64,000 nucleotides of DNA from a virus (Duplodnaviria; Caudoviricetes). The notes below the pieces were generated by a model. It was given only the letters and a program-made list of their open reading frames with translations, made no database searches and was not told where the DNA came from. Position 1 is the first letter of the stretch, and each line of letters opens with the position of its first letter. The DNA is taken from IMG/VR virus record IMGVR_UViG_3300045596_000094, positions 160,001-224,000 of that record; one strand, written 5' to 3'. Below are positions 56,515 to 64,000 of the stretch, piece by piece. The translations under genes and the position numbers were made by a program.

Positions 56515-57969
56515 CTAACCTCGTGGCAGTTGTTTTACTTCAACATGATCCATAGACCATTGAACTAACCATTCAATGATACCCAACTCTAGGGCTTCGT
56601 CAAATTCAACACCTTCGAGCTTATCACACACCGCATCTACTGCTTTCAAGACAGCGTTGTAATCGGTATCTGGCCAAAGTGCATCGATCATGATACTGCG
56701 TGTTTTGATAAAGGCATCAGATGGCGCCAATACGAAACTACGCTCATACATGTCATCAATTGCAGCGGTATTGAGTTTAATACCATGCTCTTCACTATAC
56801 TTGTAGAGTTCACGGCGAAGTTCATGTACGAATTTACGTTGGAAATCATCTAGATTAGAACTTTGGGCAATTTGCACATGCGTCAACCACTGCTGTTCTA
56901 AACGAGGACCATCTGCAAGAATTTCATGCATACGTCGTTCTTTAGTACCTACATAGCTACCGTAGATAGCGTCAACAGAACCGCCTTGATCTAAGAACTT
57001 GTTATAAGCAACACCACAAACAACGATAGCCTTAGAAGAGTCGTACATTGAACCATCAGATGGGAACGAGATGATTAGGCGATCTGCCTGAGCATCCAGA
57101 AGATAACCTTGAACTGTTTCAACAATGTAATTCGCATGCCAAGCAGCAACCGCACCCAATTCATTGCGGTAAGCATCATGTTCCATTCCGTAGCAACCTT
57201 CAGGGATATTTTCCATGAAGTGGATGACCATAAAGAATGCAACAATAGATTCAGGTAATTGACCTTGGCCCGGGTAACGTGTCGCTTCCTTTACATTGAA
57301 GATTTCACTGTAAGTATGTTCAACTAAGTTTGCAAGGTTGTATTCGGATAAGAACTCAGCCACCTCAGCATCAATCAAACCATTCCCGGTTTTAATTGCT
57401 GCTACTAAATTATCTACAGCCATTTCAGGGAAGGTGATATCCGTGCTAATGCACTGATGTGAGTTTTTGTCAACGTAGTGCGCGAGAAGCTCACCGAAAG
57501 CTGCATTAGACCAAAGCGCTAATTCTGATTTGTTGGTTTCGATTGAAAGTTTCACACCACCAGTTTCCACCATATCAGAAACGCGGTTATACGCATTTTC
57601 AAAGATAGTTGAAATGGTTGGGTTAACATTGTTTTTCAAACCGTCAACAATACCAAGTACAATCGGTTTTAATTCTGCAACAGCTTTCAGACAAAGTTCG
57701 TCGTAGAATACACCCGCTTTAACTTCTTCTGCTTCTTCAGCACTTTCGAAAGAAGCTGCAAAAATAGAAGGGTGTTTGTTATCGAAGTTCGCATTGATCT
57801 GAGCTACGAAAGATTCAGTAGAAACATCTTCTGTAAATTCTGCTTCTGCTTCTTCAGCCAACGCTTCTGCTAAGGGTGCGAAAACACTATTTGGTTTGGG
57901 TTGAATATATAAACCGATGCTGGTTAAATAATCAGTCAATTGACGAGAAATAGGTTTAATCGTTTGCAT
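56515..57969 (-). CDS. Conserved virion/head protein (phiKZ gp177-like)
   Basis: 484 aa, acidic N-terminus with STE/SFE putative protease sites; Y.KFL..GGS.DAIYG motif. Confidence 0.7.
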   Translation of the reverse strand: MQTIKPISRQLTDYLTSIGLYIQPKPNSVFAPLAEALAEEAEAEFTEDVSTESFVAQINANFDNKHPSIFAASFESAEEAEEVKAGVFYDELCLKAVAELKPIVLGIVDGLKNNVNPTISTIFENAYNRVSDMVETGGVKLSIETNKSELALWSNAAFGELLAHYVDKNSHQCISTDITFPEMAVDNLVAAIKTGNGLIDAEVAEFLSEYNLANLVEHTYSEIFNVKEATRYPGQGQLPESIVAFFMVIHFMENIPEGCYGMEHDAYRNELGAVAAWHANYIVETVQGYLLDAQADRLIISFPSDGSMYDSSKAIVVCGVAYNKFLDQGGSVDAIYGSYVGTKERRMHEILADGPRLEQQWLTHVQIAQSSNLDDFQRKFVHELRRELYKYSEEHGIKLNTAAIDDMYERSFVLAPSDAFIKTRSIMIDALWPDTDYNAVLKAVDAVCDKLEGVEFDEALELGIIEWLVQWSMDHVEVKQLPRG

Positions 57970-57971
57970 GA

Positions 57972-58160
57972 TTAGCTCTCCACCGTTTGATGTTTAGCGG
58001 CATGCTTACGGATAGAAGCTACCACCTTTTGTTCAGTCACGACGTCACGCGCCTGTGACTGGCGCTCAGGATTTCTCACTGAGGCAGTCAGGCATGTGAT
58101 GAGATGAACTAAACTCTCAGTAGTCGCCAATGACTTGAGATACAGAGGGTTCGGTTTCAT
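57972..58160 (-). CDS. Small conserved hypothetical protein
   Basis: 62 aa, AAGGTG RBS, fills the gap in the operon. Confidence 0.65.
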   Translation of the reverse strand: MKPNPLYLKSLATTESLVHLITCLTASVRNPERQSQARDVVTEQKVVASIRKHAAKHQTVES

Positions 58161-58171
58161 GTTTCACCTTT

Positions 58172-61100
58172 TTATTTAGATGGGTTGTCCAATGGTTTTC
58201 CATAGTAAGCGTCTACCACTTCTTTTTCAATCAATGAAAGAACGGTATTGGTTGTTGCAATGAGATCCATGGAGTTAACGATACGGTTTGCAATAGATTG
58301 ACGAGAGAAGGCTACATCAATCACATCACCACGTTCTGACACATACGGTTTATCGACCACTTTAGAGATGATAGACTTCATTTGATTACCAAATACAAGT
58401 TTATCCCCCACACCTGCCCCTACCGTTTCGGTAACGTAGAAACAGATAACGACATGGTCTTTTGTAATGTCAGTATTGTTGATGCGATATGATGGATCAA
58501 CATAAGCTGATTTGACAGGAATACCCAGAGCTTTATTTTCACGATACAGTTCAGCATCTGAACGAGATACAATTTCTTGTAGTGATTCAGACATGTGATC
58601 AATATCACCAGTATAAATTACTTCCATCCGGTCAATGATCCCGTGATGGTCTGCTCGTGGTGTTAAGGTGTTCAAGAGATCCAATGCTTCTTTTGCATCT
58701 TCACTATAATGATTACCTAAACCTGACATAGGGGGTCTTAAATTACATAGAATTGTCTCGTAATCGACCTTATCCCCTACTTTTGCTATTAGTTCCACGT
58801 CATGGTCAAAAGGAATTTTAACGTAACGTTTCTCTGTAGCGCCAGTCGTCAACTTACCACCAAACCCACGAGATACGGAACACGCATCCTCTAGGGTCTC
58901 AGTACTTTCAACCATCAACATCTTAGCAGTCATACCGCGTTTAAAGATGATCTGTCTAGGATCAATCGTGTCTGGTTGGAAATAATGGGAGTTATAAGTC
59001 AGGATATCATCCTTCTCAAACTTCTCCCCTACCTTGACATGTGAAACAATGTCGTGCGGTAGAATCTTACCAGACCACGTACCGAACTTACGTCCGATCT
59101 TAAAGACCTCCTCAGTGCCATCATCGTAAATAACCTCTAAGAACTTAGAACTTACCGATTTGACTTTCCCGCCCATTTGAGCGACATTCACCCAACTACT
59201 ATTTGTACGGTAGGCGATCGTTAATTCACCACCAGTACGAACACGGTTTGGTACAGAATTATAAAGGAAAGTAGACGAGGTCATCATCACATTGGTAAAT
59301 GTTACACGCTTACTGTCATCGGTATCAGACCCAGCCGAGATTAACATCGCTGTAGATTGCAGTTTAGTTTTTCCAGCGCTAGCAGGATCTTCTAAAGGTT
59401 TATTGATCCCAGATAAGCTAACAATGTTTGGATCTGCAGTAAGGTACGTTACTGTACCAACTGACCCGTTATCCACGTTTGCTTCTGAAACCACACCCAC
59501 AGCATCCTTAGCGAACTGACGGTGTTTAGCTGTCATCGAGTCAGCAGAACGCCCACCCGCACCACGGAATACCACAACCTCTTTCTCTTTGATCGCATGA
59601 ATTGGATTCGATTCTTCAATCGGTCCAACGGTTTGATCTTGGATAATAGAGAACCATACAGCTTTAGGGTTTAACTCTAAGCGGGAACTCTTCGACAGCG
59701 GTGCGTTGTTATAACGACGAATCTCTTTAAAGAGTTGTTCATACATCATTCCAACAATTCGACGATATCCACGAATATAAGAACCTTCAATACCGTTAGG
59801 GTCTTTATGTTGATCATCTGCAAGCTTATCTACAGCTGATAAGAACAACAAAACCATATCGGTCGGCTCTTCCATCTCGATCAGTAGTTCTCGAGTCATA
59901 TGGTCAACCCAAGAACTGTACATCAAATCGTAAAACTTCGTATGTCTGAATTCTCCACCTAGCGCTTTAATACAACGAGCGTATATATCAGGTTTATCAA
60001 AAGAATAAACCGACAACCCTTTGATTACGTTTTTCAAACGGTTTAACCCATTAAAGATTAATTCCGCTTTACGCTCACGCTTATCGAAAACTAAGATTTC
60101 ATCTTCGAAATAAACAGGGAATTCATAGTCAGCAAAGATGTTTCCTTTACCACGACGAGGTAAACGTCTACAAGTTACCCCTGTTGTTTTGATGAGGTTA
60201 CCCAAACCGATTTTGTACCCTAATAAGAATACCACTGGTACAGGTGTACCCATCAACCGAACTTCAGCATATTCAACTGGGCGCTTAGAGGATTCCATTC
60301 CTAAGAATCGAGGGATATCGCCCAATGACTCCACTTTACCTGAATTGATGTAACGAACAAAAAGCTCGTCATTCTGCTCAAGATAAAGTACAGCTGATTC
60401 GGAACTACCCTCACGATACCCTACAGGAATCTGCTTTTCTATATTCAATAGTTTCAACACAGATTCAGGGAACACGATTTGGATGTTTGCGTAGTTAAAT
60501 GAAAGTTTAGTTTCGCCGTAAGACAACGCGGAAATATGCCTAGCAATAGATGTATAGCTGTAAGGTAGTTTTACATCGCGGTTAAACACATCCTCGTAAA
60601 TCACTTCGCCCACTTTAGAATTAGGGTCCATAGCAGCAAGGTTAATTTGCTGGATGATCCATCTTTCAAAATTGAACTGCATTCGATCAGTACGATTCAC
60701 AAACATCTTAGAGAAATAGGAAGTGAGCGCTACTGAATTCTGGGCAACTTTACGAATCGGAAGGTCAACTCGCTGAGATCTCATTGAATAGAGTACATTA
60801 TTTGCTTTGAAAATACCGTCTTTATCGGGAATAGGGAACGACATCTTAACGGTAGTAGGTGAGCCCACCAGTGGTGTGAACTGAACACTTAACTCCATAA
60901 CGGAGCTGAGATAATCATCCTTACGTTCAGCTTTAAAGTCTGTTACAGCAATACCTGATTGCTGTACATGAAGCATACAGTTCTCAATGTCTTTAGATAA
61001 CACATCTTTAATGTAGCGACTACGAAAGTCTTTTAAAGAATAGTTCATCATGGACTTATCGAATACACCCACTAAGTCACGCTGTAGTAAGCGAGTAGAC

Positions 61101-62644
61101 TCTGGAGTAATCTTTAACTCTTCAGCAGAAATAGGGGCGTGTTCTGCGATCGATTCCGTGGCACTGAATGGGGATGGGAGTTGTTCAAAACGACGAGCCA
61201 GACCTTTTGCTCTTCGGATTTCAGCTGCAGACAATAAACCCTCTGACGCAAGGTTATCTGCCAAACGATCAATGCGTTCCGTATGGCTGAACTCTTCAGG
61301 TTTATAGGTGACGTAATCGCGATGAACATCTAGAGCATCAGCCTCACGCTGAGCATCTAAAATCTCCAACTGCTTCAGGTCATCTTCCATTTGCTGACCA
61401 AGTAACTCGTTTTCAACTAAGTCACCAACATCGGGATTATCGTATTTCCCAACCTGATCCGCCAAACCACGTTCAACCCCTGTAACATCACGACCTTTTG
61501 GCTCTGTCTTTTTAATGTTTACATTAATTGGAGCTTTTGTGATGCCGGTGGCGTCGAGTTTGATGTCGGTAGTTGGATCGAGTTTATTTTCTAACAAGAT
61601 ACGGGTGGTTTCACTTAACTTTTCTTGTTGTTCTTCGGTTAAGGCAATGCCCGCCTTCTGCATTTCTTTAATTTCTTCAACCGTATCTTCATCTACAATA
61701 ACAACATCATCAGCAACAGTACCAAATTGTTGTAAAGACATGAAGTGTCGAAGAATAACCAATTGCGCGCGGTCTTCAGAGATAGAACCTTTGTCCTTAA
61801 CATCACGTTTAATCCATGACGCCAGTTTCCCTAAGTTCAACACAGAGAAACGATCATCTACAGCAACCAACAGATCCACACGAGAATGTAGTTCTTCAGG
61901 GATACGGTCAAAAATCGATAGATGATGGTTTTTACCGGCGTACAACCACAATTGGAGAATCCAGAATCGCCCATCGGTCGCGAAGTTTTCACGACGCATT
62001 TGGTCTAATGGGATTTCCTTGTCCTGATTCTTTAACCATTGATTTTCAGCTTCTCTTAAACGGGAAGCAGCTGGGATAGTCGATGGTGTTTCGATTAATA
62101 GGAATTGTTGGCGAGCACTATTATTCAACTCTTCTACCAAACCATCAATGACTGCAGAGAAATAGTTGTATCGGCGAATGAAGTAGATCCCTGGCGCAGT
62201 TTTATAGCGATAAGAATCATCTATGGCCGAATAACTAATAACCTTAGGAACAACTCTGAGTTCTTCCAATGCTCGGTTTGCCATCACGTATTTGAAACGA
62301 GTATTTTTCGCAACAAACTTACGAATCTCTTTTACAAAGAGGCGTGTTTTACGAATAGGTTTACCAATAACATTATTACCGTAGAAGCCTACAGCATCGA
62401 ATGCAATACGGTCACCCATATTGACCAGTAGAGGGTCATCTTCAGTAATACCAAAGGCACTATTTTCACGAGGGGTGTAGTGTAGTGTGGAATATAAAGG
62501 CATGACGAAACCGTCAAGTTTATTTTTTCGAAGATTGACTAATTGAGACGTACTTCGAATCCCGTGATTCCGGTAGAACTCATTGTACTGGGGAAGTGAA
62601 GCCTCTAAAGAAACTTCTAGATCCGTCAAGTGATTAGAGATCAT
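58172..62644 (-). CDS. Virion RNA polymerase beta subunit (phiKZ gp178-like)
   Basis: About 1490 aa; QRVDLPIRKV, GGRS, SEANVDNG.VG, TLED and GDKLVFGNQMKS motifs; start TAATG-coupled at 62644 (ORF track: 62656). Confidence 0.92.
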   Translation of the reverse strand: MISNHLTDLEVSLEASLPQYNEFYRNHGIRSTSQLVNLRKNKLDGFVMPLYSTLHYTPRENSAFGITEDDPLLVNMGDRIAFDAVGFYGNNVIGKPIRKTRLFVKEIRKFVAKNTRFKYVMANRALEELRVVPKVISYSAIDDSYRYKTAPGIYFIRRYNYFSAVIDGLVEELNNSARQQFLLIETPSTIPAASRLREAENQWLKNQDKEIPLDQMRRENFATDGRFWILQLWLYAGKNHHLSIFDRIPEELHSRVDLLVAVDDRFSVLNLGKLASWIKRDVKDKGSISEDRAQLVILRHFMSLQQFGTVADDVVIVDEDTVEEIKEMQKAGIALTEEQQEKLSETTRILLENKLDPTTDIKLDATGITKAPINVNIKKTEPKGRDVTGVERGLADQVGKYDNPDVGDLVENELLGQQMEDDLKQLEILDAQREADALDVHRDYVTYKPEEFSHTERIDRLADNLASEGLLSAAEIRRAKGLARRFEQLPSPFSATESIAEHAPISAEELKITPESTRLLQRDLVGVFDKSMMNYSLKDFRSRYIKDVLSKDIENCMLHVQQSGIAVTDFKAERKDDYLSSVMELSVQFTPLVGSPTTVKMSFPIPDKDGIFKANNVLYSMRSQRVDLPIRKVAQNSVALTSYFSKMFVNRTDRMQFNFERWIIQQINLAAMDPNSKVGEVIYEDVFNRDVKLPYSYTSIARHISALSYGETKLSFNYANIQIVFPESVLKLLNIEKQIPVGYREGSSESAVLYLEQNDELFVRYINSGKVESLGDIPRFLGMESSKRPVEYAEVRLMGTPVPVVFLLGYKIGLGNLIKTTGVTCRRLPRRGKGNIFADYEFPVYFEDEILVFDKRERKAELIFNGLNRLKNVIKGLSVYSFDKPDIYARCIKALGGEFRHTKFYDLMYSSWVDHMTRELLIEMEEPTDMVLLFLSAVDKLADDQHKDPNGIEGSYIRGYRRIVGMMYEQLFKEIRRYNNAPLSKSSRLELNPKAVWFSIIQDQTVGPIEESNPIHAIKEKEVVVFRGAGGRSADSMTAKHRQFAKDAVGVVSEANVDNGSVGTVTYLTADPNIVSLSGINKPLEDPASAGKTKLQSTAMLISAGSDTDDSKRVTFTNVMMTSSTFLYNSVPNRVRTGGELTIAYRTNSSWVNVAQMGGKVKSVSSKFLEVIYDDGTEEVFKIGRKFGTWSGKILPHDIVSHVKVGEKFEKDDILTYNSHYFQPDTIDPRQIIFKRGMTAKMLMVESTETLEDACSVSRGFGGKLTTGATEKRYVKIPFDHDVELIAKVGDKVDYETILCNLRPPMSGLGNHYSEDAKEALDLLNTLTPRADHHGIIDRMEVIYTGDIDHMSESLQEIVSRSDAELYRENKALGIPVKSAYVDPSYRINNTDITKDHVVICFYVTETVGAGVGDKLVFGNQMKSIISKVVDKPYVSERGDVIDVAFSRQSIANRIVNSMDLIATTNTVLSLIEKEVVDAYYGKPLDNPSK

Positions 62645-63999
62645 TATTTTCTCCACATTAATCCAACAATAACACGTTCCACTGTTTCCACACGTGGTGA
62701 GTTTAAGAACGAGCCTTTAGGGTTGAGGTATGAGTTGGCTTTAGAAAGATAATCGTTGACTTTACGAATAGATTCATCCATGTATAACCCAATCTGTGAC
62801 ATAGTGTCACCATCGAAGTCACCACCCAACCCAGCTAGTCGCGACGGGTTTGGTGAAGCGGTTTCAACATACGTACCCACATCAAAATCTGGATACTCGT
62901 AAGCGTGGTCAATCGGATTGTTGTCGAAGAACTTCTTCAAATTCCATTCTTCATCTAATTCCCAACGAGCAACCCCTTGAGTGGTGGTCTTCACGTAGAA
63001 ATAAGAAACATAAATCGAACCTAAGCCCGCTACAGGGTAACGAGTAGAGGTCATCGGATATTTGTTCCACTCACGATAACCTGAAACATACAGAAGTTCA
63101 GCAAAAGTGATTGGATGTACATCACGACGAGGTAATTCAGTGGGTAGTTCATCTATATCGTTAAAGAAACGAAATACATTCTTACCGTTTTTCTGACCAC
63201 GATAAACTAAACCGAGGTAGTTACCCGCAATTGTAACAGGTGCACCACGAACAGAACGGTCAAAGAAATTAGAGATGATTTTCTCTATCCCTTCAGGGGT
63301 GTTGAATCGGTCAAACTCTTTACGAGGTACGTTAACAACCTCACGTTTTAATGTTTTCGGGTTGGTTGTATACGCACGCCCGTCACCAGCTTCAAACGCA
63401 TCCTTTAAATATCCGTTTAAGATCAAATGCTGAGCCACTGGTAGTAGTGCTTTCAATGTTTGATACAAACCAACAACGGTACTGTTTAGTTTTGGGGCAT
63501 TCTTATCGCCCAAATGTCTAACAGAGGTATCCATCGCCGAGATAACATTTCGCGTACCATTAAACACACCGCGAGAATAATATCGCTTATATGCAAATCC
63601 ACGTTTACCTTCGTAGAGATTCCAAAGATATTCAAAGATAGCATTAAAAGCATTCTGCATGGTAAGGCGTGTGGTGTTAAAAGCACCAGAAGTAGAATCA
63701 GCATTATCTGGAATCGCATTTGCCGAAGCTAATAACGAACGATAACGTCCGTTGATCTCATCCTCGTTAGTTCTTCCATCCGCCCCAATATAGGCGTCAC
63801 GCAAACCTGCTGGAATAACTGGAATCAAACGGCAGAAAGCACGACCACTCTCTAAAGCGTTAGTAACTGTCTTTACGCTTTCTTCACGTTTGGCCGAACC
63901 CGTGAGTTTGAATTCTATTTTTGGTAAATGGTTTAAAAAGAAAGCATAGCCCGTTTGACCAGAGATCATATCTGAGGGTTCGAGGTCTTTTGTAACTGG
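62644..63999 (-). CDS. Virion RNA polymerase beta' subunit (phiKZ gp180-like), partial at 5' end
   Basis: PVIPAGLRD, R.VFNGTRNVI, TRYPV and catalytic GGDFDGD; frame open to the window edge. Confidence 0.93.
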   Translation of the reverse strand, partial: PVTKDLEPSDMISGQTGYAFFLNHLPKIEFKLTGSAKREESVKTVTNALESGRAFCRLIPVIPAGLRDAYIGADGRTNEDEINGRYRSLLASANAIPDNADSTSGAFNTTRLTMQNAFNAIFEYLWNLYEGKRGFAYKRYYSRGVFNGTRNVISAMDTSVRHLGDKNAPKLNSTVVGLYQTLKALLPVAQHLILNGYLKDAFEAGDGRAYTTNPKTLKREVVNVPRKEFDRFNTPEGIEKIISNFFDRSVRGAPVTIAGNYLGLVYRGQKNGKNVFRFFNDIDELPTELPRRDVHPITFAELLYVSGYREWNKYPMTSTRYPVAGLGSIYVSYFYVKTTTQGVARWELDEEWNLKKFFDNNPIDHAYEYPDFDVGTYVETASPNPSRLAGLGGDFDGDTMSQIGLYMDESIRKVNDYLSKANSYLNPKGSFLNSPRVETVERVIVGLMWRK

Positions 64000-64000
64000 A

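Noticed and set aside
1-64000. CRISPR array, tRNAs, integrase/transposase, reverse transcriptase, PhuZ tubulin
   Set aside because: None recognisable by eye in this window; PhuZ may lie elsewhere in the genome.
1-64000. Alternative genetic code (stop-codon reassignment)
   Set aside because: Core genes are full length under code 11, and TAA, TAG and TGA all occur as normal stops.

Overview
This is a 64 kb segment of a phiKZ-like, nucleus-forming jumbo phage (Chimalliviridae-type); nearly all genes are on the minus strand. The segment from 1 to 19 kb is the conserved phage-nucleus core block: family-B DNA polymerase, chimallin shell protein, non-virion RNAP beta' subunit, SbcD/Mre11 nuclease, ChmC-like RNA-binding protein, gp68-like nvRNAP subunit, PicA/Imp1-like import factor and a gp70-like protein with a prion-like tail. 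The segment from 19 to 38 kb is accessory: a tandem array of small ORFs, a NUMOD1 protein, protease-fold paralogs, RlpA, a Macro-SLOG/AAA/NADAR cluster, two XRE regulators and ThyA. Three paralogous tail-fibre genes lie at 38.8-46.6 kb, early genes at 46.7-52 kb, and the head protease, head proteins and virion RNAP subunits at 52-64 kb, with an inserted NDT-Nudix island. The most novel observations are non-coding. One is a roughly 580-nt, densely base-paired RNA (48802-49390, minus strand, with a possible pseudoknot) that appears co-transcribed behind a conserved 155-aa gene. The other is a roughly 120-nt three-way-junction RNA with its own promoter and terminator (33046-33169) in front of the ADP-ribose-eraser cluster. 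phiKZ gene-number assignments come from motifs and remembered synteny, not from a database search.
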